From positions 8,260-72,259 of the forward strand of contig JAXGYV010000006.1 of assembly GCA_040772045.1 (NCBI GenBank): DNA of 64,000 nucleotides, read 5' to 3'. Positions 20,806-31,360 of this stretch are shown one piece after another (positions within the stretch are counted from its first letter, which is position 1; every line of letters begins with the position of its first letter). The notes beneath the pieces were generated by a model. It ran no database searches. It was not told where the DNA came from and was given only the letters and a program-made list of their open reading frames with translations. This stretch comes from Thermoleophilia bacterium. GTDB lineage: Bacteria; Actinomycetota; Thermoleophilia; UBA2241. The position numbers were made by a program, and so were the translations under genes.

Positions 20806-21027
20806 GTGGATGCAACTATCACTGCCCATATGCCGGGTCTGGTAGCTCGGGTTGTGGTCGACGAGGGCGATCAGGTGGTCAGGGGCCAGGAGGTCGCTGT
20901 CATCAACTGCATGAAAGCTGAGCTCTCCGTCGAGTCGAACGTTGACGGGAAAGTCAAGGAGATCCTCGTCAAGGAGTGGGACGAGATGGAGGTCGGTTCA
21001 CCGATGTTGGTGGTTGAGAGCGCGTGA
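20806..21027 (+). CDS. Biotin carboxyl carrier protein
   Basis: ITAHMPG..V.EGD.V..GQ...NCMKAE...DGKVKEILV (biotinyl/lipoyl fold). Confidence 0.85.
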   Translation: MDATITAHMPGLVARVVVDEGDQVVRGQEVAVINCMKAELSVESNVDGKVKEILVKEWDEMEVGSPMLVVESA

Positions 21028-21045
21028 CGGGAGGCGGGCCGCTGT

Positions 21046-22437
21046 ATGATTAATAAGGTCCTCATTGCCAATAGAGGCGAGATCGTCCGTCGTGTTCTGC
21101 GCGCCTGCGGAGACCTCGGGCTGCGGACTGTCGCCGTGTATTCCGATGCCGACGCTGGTGCGTCGTACACGCGTCAGGCTGAAGAGGCGCTGCGCCTCGG
21201 GGAAGCGAATCCCGTGAAGAGCTACCTCAACCTCGAGGCGCTCGTCGGCGCTATTCAGCAGTCAAAGGCTGACGCTGTTCATCCTGGCTACGGCTTTCTC
21301 TCCGAGAACGCCGCTTTCGCGGAGGCGGTCGAGGGTGCTGGCGCGGTGTGGGTTGGTCCTCCCGCCTCCGTTCTGCGGGCTATCGAATCCAAATGCTTCT
21401 GTCGGGATATTGCCACTAAGGTGGGAGTGCCTGTAGTTCCTGGGTCGACCGAGGTTCTGGCGACGGTGGACGATGTGCTCGACGTCGCGCAGCGGCTGAA
21501 CTACCCAATCCTGCTGAAACTGGATCGGGGTGGTGGCGGCAAGGGGATCGAGAAGGTCGAGCGGCCGGAGCAGGTGGAGGAGGTGTTCCAGCGGGTCCAG
21601 CGCATCGGCACCATGGCCTTCGGAAACCCCGACGTGTACGTCGAAGAGGCCATCGGAGAACCGCGTCACATTGAGGTGCAGTTCCTCGCCGATCATCACG
21701 GCAATGTGGTCTGCTTGGGCGAGCGCGAATGCTCCATCCAGCGGCGACATCAGAAGATCATCGAGGAGTCACCCTCGCCGGTGGTCTCTGCGCAGCAGCG
21801 CCAACAACTCACCGACTACGCCACCAAGCTCGCGAGGGGCATGGGGTATGTCGGTGCCGGCACCATGGAGTTCCTCCGTTCTGGGAGTGGCAACTTCTAC
21901 TTCATGGAAGTCAACGCCCGACTCCAGGTCGAGCACCCGGTGTCTGAGTATGTGACCGGGCACGACATCGTGCAGTGGCAGCTGCGCATCGCTGGTGGAG
22001 ATCGCCTGAGCTTCTCGCAGGCGGACGTGCAGCTCGAGGGGCATTCTATTGAGGCCCGCTGCTACGCGGAGGAGCCGGGGACCTTCCGCCCCTCTCCGGG
22101 CACGATTCGCGGGATTCGCTTCCCAACCACGGGGCGTCACCTGCGGGTTGATCACGCTCTGGAGGTCGGGGCGGTTGTCCCCCCGTATTACGATCCACTG
22201 ATCGCCAAGGTGATCTCATGGGATGCGACTCGAGAACGGGCGATCGAACGTCTGGCGGCGGGGTTGTCCCAGTTCTCCATTCTCGGTCTCGCCACGAGTG
22301 TGCCGGTGAACCTGCTGATTCTGAGCAGCCAGGCCTACCGCACGGGCGATCTCCACACTGGATTTCTGGACGAGCTGTTCGCCGAGCACATCGACTGGTC
22401 TATGTACGAGCCTAAGATGTTCGTGGGGGAGTCGTAG
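21046..22437 (+). CDS. Biotin carboxylase
   Basis: KVLIANRGEI, HPGYGFLSEN, GGGGKG, RECSIQRRHQK, FMEVNARLQVEHPV and YYDPLIAK. Confidence 0.95.
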   Translation: MINKVLIANRGEIVRRVLRACGDLGLRTVAVYSDADAGASYTRQAEEALRLGEANPVKSYLNLEALVGAIQQSKADAVHPGYGFLSENAAFAEAVEGAGAVWVGPPASVLRAIESKCFCRDIATKVGVPVVPGSTEVLATVDDVLDVAQRLNYPILLKLDRGGGGKGIEKVERPEQVEEVFQRVQRIGTMAFGNPDVYVEEAIGEPRHIEVQFLADHHGNVVCLGERECSIQRRHQKIIEESPSPVVSAQQRQQLTDYATKLARGMGYVGAGTMEFLRSGSGNFYFMEVNARLQVEHPVSEYVTGHDIVQWQLRIAGGDRLSFSQADVQLEGHSIEARCYAEEPGTFRPSPGTIRGIRFPTTGRHLRVDHALEVGAVVPPYYDPLIAKVISWDATRERAIERLAAGLSQFSILGLATSVPVNLLILSSQAYRTGDLHTGFLDELFAEHIDWSMYEPKMFVGES

Positions 22438-22485
22438 CGGCCGAGTGCGAAAGGGCCAAGGCCGTTTTTCGATAGGGAGGAGACA

Positions 22486-23088
22486 ATGGCAGACGCAAGT
22501 GCGCCAAAGATCGCCGACGCCGGCCCGGTCGGCTGGGTCGGGTACTCGATCGCGGTCTGGATGGCGTGGGTCTACCTGTGTGGGTACGTCGACCCGAGCG
22601 CCGGCATCTTCATGGCCGGTATCTCGGTTGCCTGCCTCATCGCCTACATGTTCGCCGCCGTCACCGAGATCATCCTCGGTAATGTCGCGGGTGGCTGCAC
22701 ATGGGCGTACTTCGGCGCCTTCTTCGCCGGGGCGTCTATCTTCAACTACCTCGTCGGTTGGATGAACGGCAAGTACGCTTGGGAGGCCGACGGTCGCATC
22801 CAAGGGTGGATGTGGATCGTCCTCGGAGTGATCCTCATTCTCGAGACACCTATCTTCATGAAGTTCAGCAACGCCGCAGCGTGGATTTCCATCATCGGTG
22901 CTGACATCGGAATCGTGACGCTCTCGTTCGTCTTCTGGGGATACGGTGGTACGGCCCTCATGGATATCAGCGGCTGGGCGTTCTTCGTCGCCGGCGTGGG
23001 CGGCATCCTCAACGCCGCCGATGGCATTCTCCAAGGCGCCGGCTGGAAGCTGCCGCTCGGGCCGCCGATACTCGGGTCGCGAAAGTAG
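22486..23088 (+). CDS. Six-TM small-solute channel, GPR1/FUN34/YaaH (SatP) or AmiS/UreI-like
   Basis: ADAGPVGW.GY resembles the NPAPLGL.GF motif; about six hydrophobic helices; C-terminal LPLG. Confidence 0.65.
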   Translation: MADASAPKIADAGPVGWVGYSIAVWMAWVYLCGYVDPSAGIFMAGISVACLIAYMFAAVTEIILGNVAGGCTWAYFGAFFAGASIFNYLVGWMNGKYAWEADGRIQGWMWIVLGVILILETPIFMKFSNAAAWISIIGADIGIVTLSFVFWGYGGTALMDISGWAFFVAGVGGILNAADGILQGAGWKLPLGPPILGSRK

Positions 23089-23216
23089 CCTGCGGGTCCT
23101 CCGCGCTCGAGTGTTGGGACGCGGGAAGAAGGGGGGGGGGGGGGGGGTGGGCCCCCCCCCCCCCCCCCCCGCCGGGAAGAGCAGTGCGCGGGCGTGTGCG
23201 GCGTCTCGCCGGCCGC

Positions 23217-23891
23217 TCAGTAGGCGCCGTAGGCGTCCATCTTGAGATCTTTGGCGATCTCGTAGTGCATGTCGGTACACGCAGCGATGTCGTCGAGCGT
23301 GTACCCGTAAGCCACCTCGCAGAGCAGGAACGGCTTACCGTGGGTACGGCGGAACACCGCGCGCTCGGTGATCACCACGTCGACCTCTCCGGCGGCGGTG
23401 AGTGGGTACGTGCAGCGTGGCATCAGCTTGGACTTGCCGTCCTTGGAGCAGTGCTCGGTGACCACGAACACGTGCTGCGCTCCAACCACCAGGTCCATAG
23501 CGCCGCCCATTCCCGCGAGCCGGCTGCCGGGGATCATCCAGCTCGCGAGGTTGCCCTCTTCGTCGATCTGGAAGCAGCCGAGGAAGGTGGCGTCGAGGTG
23601 GCCGCCGCGGATCATGCCGAAGGAGGTGACTACGTCGAAGTAGCTGCCGCCGGGGATGATCGTGATGGGATCGTTGCCGGCGTTGGCCCGGTCCATATCT
23701 TCGCAGCCGGAGTCGGGCCGTGGGCCGACGCCGATGGCGCCGTTTTCGGTCTGGATGACCACGTATACGTCGGCGGGGATGTAGTTGGCGATGAGTGTGG
23801 GCAGGCCGATGCCTAGGTTTACGTACATGCCGTCGCGTAGCTCTCTCGCGGCACGTTGAGCGATGATCTGTTTGGTCGAACTTGTAGCCAT
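23217..23891 (-). CDS. 3-oxoacid CoA-transferase subunit B
   Basis: YVNLGIGLPT, QTENG (catalytic Glu) and GMGGAMDLV. Confidence 0.93.
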   Translation of the reverse strand: MATSSTKQIIAQRAARELRDGMYVNLGIGLPTLIANYIPADVYVVIQTENGAIGVGPRPDSGCEDMDRANAGNDPITIIPGGSYFDVVTSFGMIRGGHLDATFLGCFQIDEEGNLASWMIPGSRLAGMGGAMDLVVGAQHVFVVTEHCSKDGKSKLMPRCTYPLTAAGEVDVVITERAVFRRTHGKPFLLCEVAYGYTLDDIAACTDMHYEIAKDLKMDAYGAY

Positions 23892-23895
23892 GGCC

Positions 23896-24621
23896 CTACA
23901 CCCACTTCACAGGAGAGTCGATACTCGCGACCGGCTGCAGCGCGCGCTCTACGCAGTACTGGAGGTCCGAGCGGACCACCGCGTCGACGAAGATGCCGGC
24001 GGTGTGGATGGCCTCCGGGTTGAGCTCGCCCATGCAGTACAGCGTCTCCACCTCGGCGATCACGTAGTCGGCGCAGGTGGCGATGTTGGGGTTGTGGTTG
24101 CGTGATGTGCCGCGGTAGACGAGATTGCCGCGCCAGTCGCCCACGTGGGCGCGCACAAAGGCCACGTCGGCGTGGAGGGCTGTCTCCAGCAAGTAGGTCC
24201 GGCCAGCGATGTCGAACGTCTGCTTGCCGTTGGCGACCTCCGTGCCCACGCCCACGGGAGTCAGCACGCCGCCAAGGCCAGCGCCGCCGCAGCGGACGCG
24301 TTCCACGAACGTCCCCTGCGGCATCAGCTCGATCTCGAGGTCGCCGGCGTTCACGGCCTCGCCGATGTAGGGCGTGGTTCCCACATGGCTCGTGATCATC
24401 TTGCGAACCATGCCCCGACGGACCAGCTCGACCAGCCCTCGTTCGCCGAACCCGGCGTCGTTGGCGACCAGGACGAGGTCGGTGATGTGCGTCATGCGTT
24501 TCAGTCCGTCGATGAGCGTGAGCGGGTCCCCCTGGCCGATGAATCCCCCAACGGCGATGGTCATGCCGGACTCAATCCGCGCCAACGCCTGATCGAGAGG
24601 GATGACCTTGTTCTCTCGCAC
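23896..24621 (-). CDS. 3-oxoacid CoA-transferase subunit A
   Basis: TIAVGGF, PQGTFVER.RCGGAGLGG.LTP.GVGT and GNLVY; GAAGGAGG RBS before GTG 24621. Confidence 0.93.
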   Translation of the reverse strand: MRENKVIPLDQALARIESGMTIAVGGFIGQGDPLTLIDGLKRMTHITDLVLVANDAGFGERGLVELVRRGMVRKMITSHVGTTPYIGEAVNAGDLEIELMPQGTFVERVRCGGAGLGGVLTPVGVGTEVANGKQTFDIAGRTYLLETALHADVAFVRAHVGDWRGNLVYRGTSRNHNPNIATCADYVIAEVETLYCMGELNPEAIHTAGIFVDAVVRSDLQYCVERALQPVASIDSPVKWV

Positions 24622-24863
24622 CTGTCCTCCTTCACCGTCACCGGATGGGTCGGTGCGCCGAGGGAGTGCTCGCGCTTCGGCAGCCTCTTGGTTCCTCCAC
24701 CTGAGCTCGCCCCCGGCCCGAATACGTGAATAATCGGTAAACTTACCATCTTTCCCGACCGGTGGCAGTACCGCCGACGGCGGCGCACGCTCGATATACT
24801 GCCGTAGGTCAAACAGCCGCGGTGCGCCGCTCTGGCGTCCGTGAGTATCCACGGGAGGGATCG

Positions 24864-25730
24864 GTGAACGCTGTGAATGAGTCCGCTACGGTCGGAGTCA
24901 TCGGGGGCTCCGGCTTCTACGAGCTGCTGGAAGGTGCCCGGGAGGTGGCGATCGTCACGCCGTTCGGTGAGCCGAGCGACGTCTACTTCGTGGGTGAGAT
25001 CGAGGGGGTGCCGGTGGCCTTCCTGCCGCGACACGCTCGTGGTCACCGTATTCTGCCCTCCGAGATCAACTATCGGGCGAATATCTGGGGCTTGAAGAAG
25101 CTGGGGGTGAAGACCATCCTCTCGGCCAGCGCCGTTGGCAGTCTGCGGGAAGACCTCAGGCCGCTCGACGTGGTAATCCCCGACCAGCTCTTCGATCGCA
25201 CCAAGGCTCGGCCGTCGACGTTTTTCGGCGAGGGCGTGGTGGTCCACATGGGTTTCGCCGATCCTTTTTGTCCGTATCTCTCCAAGCTTCTGGCTGAGTG
25301 TGGTCGTGCGGCTGGGGCGACAGTGCATCAGGGCGGTACCTACGTGTGCATCGAGGGCCCGCAGTTCAGCACTCGCGCCGAGAGCCGCACCTATCGCCAG
25401 CTCGGCTTCGACGTGATCGGCATGACTAATCTGCAAGAAGCCAAGCTGGCACGCGAGGCAGAGATCTGCTACGCGACCATGGCGCTGGTGACCGACTACG
25501 ACGTCTGGTACGAGGGGGAAGAGGACGTCACTCTCGCGCAGGTGCTGAGCAACGTAGCGCGGAACGTGCAGATGGCACAGGCGATCGTACGCCGCGCGGT
25601 TGCTGCGCTGGACCCAGCGCGCGACTGCGGCTGCCGCCACGCGGTGGAGTTCGCCATCAACACACCTGCCGATCTGATCCCCCAAGCCACCAAGGAGAAG
25701 CTCGACTTGCTGATCGGCAAGTACCTGTAG
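24864..25730 (+). CDS. mtnP: S-methyl-5'-thioadenosine phosphorylase
   Basis: GVIGGSG, TPFGEPS, FLPRH, NYRANIW, EGPQFSTRAES, GMTN and VTDYD. Confidence 0.93.
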   Translation: MNAVNESATVGVIGGSGFYELLEGAREVAIVTPFGEPSDVYFVGEIEGVPVAFLPRHARGHRILPSEINYRANIWGLKKLGVKTILSASAVGSLREDLRPLDVVIPDQLFDRTKARPSTFFGEGVVVHMGFADPFCPYLSKLLAECGRAAGATVHQGGTYVCIEGPQFSTRAESRTYRQLGFDVIGMTNLQEAKLAREAEICYATMALVTDYDVWYEGEEDVTLAQVLSNVARNVQMAQAIVRRAVAALDPARDCGCRHAVEFAINTPADLIPQATKEKLDLLIGKYL

Positions 25731-26069
25731 GGGGATCTCGTGCCGAGGGAGCTGGTGCCGAGATCTGCCGTCGGTTGGGAGGAGTTCGTATCGGCCACAG
25801 ATCTCGCGTTGCCTCGGTGAGCACTGCGCTCTCGACTATGCGTCGAAGCCGATGACCGGAGTTGGGCCGCATGGGCGTGGCACGGCCGGGGCGGGACCGT
25901 GTAGTATCTGGAGGGTGCTGTGCCGGGCCGCGACTCGGGGCCCGGCTCTCGTGCGGTCGTAGTGCCGCCGATTCCCTGCCTCGCCAACGGCTGGGCGGTC
26001 GCCTGCATGCGCCGCACCATTGGCCGGGTCGTCACATTCACGCACGTGTTGGAGGGAAAGGAGTGAGGA

Positions 26070-28151
26070 GTGGGGAGTGACATCCTCGTCGCGATCAGCA
26101 CATCTCTGTCCGCAACGCTGATCGCCACCGTCTGTGGCCTGATCGCAGTCGCCTACGGCGTCTTGCTGATCATGTGGCTGCTCAAGTTGCCCGCCGGAGA
26201 CGACAAAATGCGGAGCGTCGCCGGAGCGGTACAGGAGGGGGCTAAGGCCTACCTCAATCGGCAGTACAAGACCATCGCCTACGTAGGCGTCGTTGTCGCC
26301 GTCATCATCTTCGTAGCCATGGGCGCCACCGACAAGGGCTGGAGCTTCGGCGCCAAGACCGCTATTGGCTTCATCGTGGGCGCCGTGCTCTCCGCTGCCG
26401 CCGGATACATCGGCATGATGGTCAGCGTACGCGTCAACGTGCGTACCGCCGAAGCAGCCCGTAACGGCCTTGGGCCGGCGCTCAAGGTTGCTTTCCGCGG
26501 GGGCTCGGTGACCGGCCTGCTAGTGGTGGGCCTCGGCCTTCTCGGAGTGAGCGTTTACTACTGGATCACCAAGGATGTGGCCGCGCTCGTGGGCCTCGGG
26601 TTTGGCGGCAGCCTGATCTCCGTGTTCGCTCGTCTCGGCGGCGGCATCTACACCAAGGCAGCCGACGTTGGCGCCGACCTGGTCGGCAAGGTTGAAGCGG
26701 GTATCCCCGAAGACGATCCGCGCAACCCGGCCGTTATCGCCGACAACGTCGGCGATAACGTCGGCGACTGCGCCGGTATGGCGGCCGACCTGTTCGAGAC
26801 CTATGCCGTTACCGCCGTGGCCGCCATGCTGCTGGCGCACCTGTTCTTCAAGGGTTTCGAGAACGCCATCGTGTACCCGCTGGCCCTCGGCGCGGTGTCT
26901 ATCATCGCGAGCATCATCGGCACGTTCTTCGTGCGCCTCGGCAGCAGCAAGAACATCATGGGCGCTCTCTACAAGGGTCTGGCCGCCGCCGCCGTGCTCT
27001 CGATCGCGGCGTTCTACCCCGTCACGCAGTGGCTCATGGGCGGCGACGCGGCCGCAACTGCTGGTGTGGCCAGCGTGCCGCGGCTGTTCCTCTGCGCCGT
27101 CGCCGGCGTGGTGGTCACCGCTTTCATCGTCGTCATTACCGAGTACTTCACCGCTACGCGGTATCGGCCCGTCAAGGGTATCGCGGCCGCCAGCGTCACC
27201 GGCCATGCCACCAACATCATCCAGGGTCTGGCCGTGAGCATGCAGTCCACGGCGCTGCCCGTGATCGTCATCGGCGGTGGCATCCTGGTCGCCAGCCAGC
27301 TCGCTGGCCTCTACGGCGTGGCCGTGGCCGTTATGGCCATGCTGTCCATGACCGGTATCATCGTGGCCATCGACGCCTACGGCCCCATCACCGACAACGC
27401 CGGTGGCATCGCTGAGATGGCCGACATGCCGGAGAGCGTGCGTGCCGTCACCGACCCGCTCGACGCGGTCGGCAACACCACGAAGGCCGTCACCAAGGGT
27501 TACGCCATCGGCTCGGCCGGCTTTGCCGCCCTGGTCTTGTTCGTGTCCTACACCTACGACCTCAAGGACCAGGTCGGCTCGATCATCCCCTTCGACCTCA
27601 GTAACCCCTGGGTGCTGGTTGGCCTGTTCTTCGGTGGCCTGCTGCCTTACCTGTTCGCCTCCATGTGTATGCAGGCCGTGGGCAAAGCCGGCGGTCTGGT
27701 CGTAGAAGAGGTACGGCGCCAGTTCCGTGAGCGGCCGGGCATTATGGAGGGTACCGAGAAGCCTGACTACCGGCAGGCCGTGGACATCGTGACCAAGTCG
27801 GCCATCAAGCAGATGATGCTGCCGGCGGCCATCCCGGTGCTCTCGCCGATCGTCTTCGGCCTCGCGTTCTACACGCACGGCAAAGAGGTGCTCGGCGGCG
27901 TGCTCGTGGGAACCATCATCACGGGCATCTTCCAGGCCATCAGCATGACCAGCGGTGGCGGTGCTTGGGATAACGCCAAGAAGCTCATCGAAGACGGCGC
28001 CTTCGGTGGCAAGGGCTCGGATGCTCACGCCGCCGCCGTCACGGGCGACACGGTTGGCGACCCCTACAAGGACACCGCCGGTCCGGCCATCAACCCGATG
28101 ATCAAGGTCATCAACATCGTGGCCCTGCTCATCATCCCGTTCCTGCAGTAG
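26070..28151 (+). CDS. hppA: Membrane-integral ion-pumping pyrophosphatase (K+-independent H+-PPase type)
   Basis: [34 protein letters not shown] (Lys, the K+-independent signature) and [10 protein letters not shown]. Confidence 0.96.
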   Translation: MGSDILVAISTSLSATLIATVCGLIAVAYGVLLIMWLLKLPAGDDKMRSVAGAVQEGAKAYLNRQYKTIAYVGVVVAVIIFVAMGATDKGWSFGAKTAIGFIVGAVLSAAAGYIGMMVSVRVNVRTAEAARNGLGPALKVAFRGGSVTGLLVVGLGLLGVSVYYWITKDVAALVGLGFGGSLISVFARLGGGIYTKAADVGADLVGKVEAGIPEDDPRNPAVIADNVGDNVGDCAGMAADLFETYAVTAVAAMLLAHLFFKGFENAIVYPLALGAVSIIASIIGTFFVRLGSSKNIMGALYKGLAAAAVLSIAAFYPVTQWLMGGDAAATAGVASVPRLFLCAVAGVVVTAFIVVITEYFTATRYRPVKGIAAASVTGHATNIIQGLAVSMQSTALPVIVIGGGILVASQLAGLYGVAVAVMAMLSMTGIIVAIDAYGPITDNAGGIAEMADMPESVRAVTDPLDAVGNTTKAVTKGYAIGSAGFAALVLFVSYTYDLKDQVGSIIPFDLSNPWVLVGLFFGGLLPYLFASMCMQAVGKAGGLVVEEVRRQFRERPGIMEGTEKPDYRQAVDIVTKSAIKQMMLPAAIPVLSPIVFGLAFYTHGKEVLGGVLVGTIITGIFQAISMTSGGGAWDNAKKLIEDGAFGGKGSDAHAAAVTGDTVGDPYKDTAGPAINPMIKVINIVALLIIPFLQ

Positions 28152-28177
28152 ATCCGCGGGACAGATAAGCGCGTTCC

Positions 28178-28209
28178 GGAGGGGGCGGGCGCTTGAAAGC
28201 GCCCCCTCC
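28178..28209 (+). terminator. Hairpin after hppA
   Basis: 10-bp stem GGAGGGGGCG...CGCCCCCTCC just after the stop codon; no U tract. Confidence 0.55.
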
Positions 28210-28399
28210 ACATGCATCGCCTGTACCGCGCGCCGTTCCTCCTATGCTTTGCTCAGTGGCCGTACTCGCGCGCTTGTAGGCCGCGTTTCTCCCCATGCTC
28301 TACTCTCCGGTTCGGTTTCCACGAGACGGTTGAGTCGGTAGGGAGCCGGTGCTATCGTCGCGCGGTTTGGCAGAGTCCCCGAGATGAAAGTGGCTGGCT

Positions 28400-28615
28400 G
28401 TGCAGCGAGCGAATCGTATGGCCGCTGTGGCGATCGCGCTCCTCGGCGTGGCGCTGGTGATACGTGGTGCCTGGGGTGGCGTGTGGCCGCTCTCTGTTCA
28501 GCTCATCGTCGGCCTTCTGCTGGTTATCTACGGAGTGGTCCGTTGTGCCTCTGGCGGGGGCGGCCGATGCAACGGCGGGCGTTCGAGCGAAGAAGGGCGC
28601 GCGCCGCGGAGCTAA
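28400..28615 (+). CDS. Small two-TM hypothetical protein
   Basis: Two hydrophobic stretches (AAVAIALLGVALVI; VQLIVGLLLVIYGVV) ahead of the permease; boundaries uncertain. Confidence 0.45.
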   Translation: MQRANRMAAVAIALLGVALVIRGAWGGVWPLSVQLIVGLLLVIYGVVRCASGGGGRCNGGRSSEEGRAPRS

Positions 28616-28784
28616 ATGGCTGGACCGGCTCCAGGAATCTGTGCCGTCGCAGTCAAACCAGCGTCGGTGCGTTAGACGAATCGGCGTTTGCGATGTGCCC
28701 GTACGTGATGTACGGGTGGTAGCATCCATGCGGTAGAGCGCGGCGCGGGTATGCCGACAAGGCGGGAGAGCGAGAGAGGAAGGC

Positions 28785-30890
28785 TTGGCTCGTCGTAAGC
28801 ATAGAGAGGCCTACCAGGGAACCGTTGGTGTCGGCGGCCTGTTCAGCACGGCGTTCGGCAGTGTTGGGTCCTCGATCTTCTACGCCCTGGGAATCGTGGC
28901 GCTGTACGCGCTGGGTGCCACGTGGCTCGTGTTTCTCTTGGCGGGGCTCGTGTTCGTGCTCACCGCCTGGTCTTACGCCGAGGCCACCGCGCTTCATCCC
29001 GAAGATGGCGGCGCGGCGGGCATGGCCCGCCGCGCCTTCAACCAGCTCATCGGCTTCGGCGCTGGGTGGGCACTGCTGCTGGACTACGTGATCACCATCG
29101 CCATCTCAGCTTTCTTCGTGCCTCACTACCTGGCCACCTTCTGGCCAGCGCTCAAGCAGTGGCCGTACAGCGTCGTGGCTGGCGTAGCCGTCGTGGTGGT
29201 TCTCGCAGTAGTCAACATCTTCGGCCTTAAGAGTCCACCGCGCTTGGGCTGGCTGCTGGCTCTGCTCGTGCTGCTCACCCAGGTGCTGCTGATCGTCGTG
29301 GCGTTCATCTTGCTCTTCGAGCCCCGTATCGTCATCGATCAGGTGAATTTTGGCGTACGGCCTACCTGGAGCCAGTTCCTCTACGCCATCCCGCTGGGGG
29401 CAGTCGCCTACACGGGTCTGGATAGCATCTCCACTATGGCGCCGGAGAGCTGGGACCCCCGGCGTCACATTCCGCGTGCTCTCAATCTGCTGCTGCCGGT
29501 CACTATTGTGGTCTCCGTCGGCCTGGCACTGGTAGGGCTCTCCGCGCTGCCAGTGAAGTCCAACGTGCTGCCGGTCGATCCCCTTACGGGATTCACCCGG
29601 CCGCTCGAGGTCGTGTCGCGAGATGGCCAGTACTACTTTGCCGATCGCCCCGGCGAGCGCGTGTTCGTGCAGGTCGAGCGGCGGGGCATGGGATGGAGGG
29701 TTCCTGCGCTGCGTCCCACTGGCTCGGTATACCAGGATGGGGAGGGTCGTGCCGTGACGCGGCTGTACGGCACTCAGCTCGGCAGCGCCTATCTCGAAGA
29801 CCCGGTCCAGGGCATTGTGCAGGCGCTGCCGGCGACGGCTGGGTCGCTGCGCCGCATGCTGGAGCCTCTGGTTGGTATCCTCGCGGCCGCCATCCTCGTC
29901 ATGGCCGCCAACGCCGGGCTTGCGGGGTCCTCGCGCGTCATTTACTCGCTTGCCTATAACCGGCAGATTCCTTCAGTGCTGGGCCGCATGCTGCCGTGGC
30001 GCATGACACCGTACGTGGGTACTATCGTGGCCGGCCTCGTCGCCGCCGGCCTCATGATCCCCGGCCATGTCAGCCTGTTGGCCGAGCTCTATGCCTTTGG
30101 CACCATGCTCTCGTTCACCGCCGTCCACCTCTCGGTGATCGTCCTGCGCTACAAGGAACCCGGGTTGGCACGGCCGTTCCGCGTGCCTCTGAACATTCGC
30201 TTGCGCGGCACCGCGTTGCCGCTGTTACCCATAATTGGTGCACTGTGCACGCTGGCTGTGTGGGTTGTGGTGCTCGCCACGCGTCCTACCGGGCGGATCA
30301 TCGGGCTGGCCTGGATGGCGGGTGGTCTGGTGCTCTATGTGGTGTATCGGAAGATCGCCGGCTATCCGCTGCTCCGCGAGCCGGGCGTGGCCAAGCTACC
30401 GGTTACGGCCACAGTCGACATCGACTACAACCAGATCCTGGTTCCGGTGACGGGGACACGGCTCACCGACGAGATGCTGGTGTTGGCCTGTCAACTGGCG
30501 ACCGAGAAGGGGTCCTCTATCGATGCCCTGTATGTGATGGAGGTTCCCATGGATCGACCGCTCACGGCCGCCACAGATGAGCAGCGTGAACGAGCAGAGC
30601 GTGTGCTCAAGGCGGCCGCGGCCATTGCCGAGGAGTTCGGCGTAGGTGTGCGGACGCACACCGTACCCTCTCGTCAGGCTGGGCGCGCTATCGTGGACAT
30701 GGCTGCCGAACGGAAGTCGGAGGTGGTTATCCTGGGGGCTGTGCGTAAGCGCCGGATCGCGGAGCGTGTGTTCGGTGACACGGTGGAGTACGTGCTGCGT
30801 CACGCTCCCACGGAGGTTATCGTGAATCTGGTTCCGTCCGAGTACCCAATGGATGGATCAGCGGACGAAGCTACGACACCCGCTGGCTGA
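28785..30890 (+). CDS. APC-family permease fused to a C-terminal universal stress protein domain
   Basis: GSVGSSIFYALG, SYAEA...PEDGG, YTGLDSI and LYAFG; about 12 TMs; USP region ILVPV...AIVD.A......VILG...FGDTVEYVLRHAP. Confidence 0.88.
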   Translation: MARRKHREAYQGTVGVGGLFSTAFGSVGSSIFYALGIVALYALGATWLVFLLAGLVFVLTAWSYAEATALHPEDGGAAGMARRAFNQLIGFGAGWALLLDYVITIAISAFFVPHYLATFWPALKQWPYSVVAGVAVVVVLAVVNIFGLKSPPRLGWLLALLVLLTQVLLIVVAFILLFEPRIVIDQVNFGVRPTWSQFLYAIPLGAVAYTGLDSISTMAPESWDPRRHIPRALNLLLPVTIVVSVGLALVGLSALPVKSNVLPVDPLTGFTRPLEVVSRDGQYYFADRPGERVFVQVERRGMGWRVPALRPTGSVYQDGEGRAVTRLYGTQLGSAYLEDPVQGIVQALPATAGSLRRMLEPLVGILAAAILVMAANAGLAGSSRVIYSLAYNRQIPSVLGRMLPWRMTPYVGTIVAGLVAAGLMIPGHVSLLAELYAFGTMLSFTAVHLSVIVLRYKEPGLARPFRVPLNIRLRGTALPLLPIIGALCTLAVWVVVLATRPTGRIIGLAWMAGGLVLYVVYRKIAGYPLLREPGVAKLPVTATVDIDYNQILVPVTGTRLTDEMLVLACQLATEKGSSIDALYVMEVPMDRPLTAATDEQRERAERVLKAAAAIAEEFGVGVRTHTVPSRQAGRAIVDMAAERKSEVVILGAVRKRRIAERVFGDTVEYVLRHAPTEVIVNLVPSEYPMDGSADEATTPAG

Positions 30891-30932
30891 CCATGACGGT
30901 CGCCGGCGGATACGAGGAAGAAAAGAGGGGCC

Positions 30933-31358
30933 ATGTACGTGGTGATCGCGGGATGCGGTCGAGTGGGGTCGGCTATCGCCAAGCAGCTCGTGGACGAGGG
31001 TCACGAGGTCGCGATGATCGACGAAGACCCATCGGCGTTCGAGCTTCTGGGTGAGGCGTTTCCCGGCCAGTTCGTCACCGGTGCCGCTATCGACTGGGAT
31101 GTGCTCAAGGAGGCCGGCATTGAGGGGGCAGATGCCTTCGTGGCGGCTACCGACGGCGACAACACGAACATCGTCTGCGCACAGATCGCGCAGCGCGAGT
31201 TCGAGGTAAAGTGCGCGGTGGCGCGTGTCTACGATCCCGCTCGTGCCGAGTTGTTCGCGATGCATGGCGTGCGTACCGTGTGCCCCACCAGAGACGCTAC
31301 GGCAATGCTGCTGGAGGCCCTGCGCTCCTGCGAAGTACCGAACGGACCGGGGAGGTAG
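30933..31358 (+). CDS. TrkA-N (RCK) potassium uptake regulator, short form
   Basis: VIAGCGRVG, AGIEGADAFVAATDGDNTN and VARVYDP. Confidence 0.88.
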   Translation: MYVVIAGCGRVGSAIAKQLVDEGHEVAMIDEDPSAFELLGEAFPGQFVTGAAIDWDVLKEAGIEGADAFVAATDGDNTNIVCAQIAQREFEVKCAVARVYDPARAELFAMHGVRTVCPTRDATAMLLEALRSCEVPNGPGR

Positions 31359-31360
31359 CC

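Noticed and set aside
23131-23170. G17-TGGG-C19 homopolymer hairpin (possible G-quadruplex or phase-variation tract)
   Set aside because: It sits exactly where a bidirectional terminator is expected between convergent genes. It is most likely a base-calling collapse of a GC-rich hairpin; raw reads are needed.
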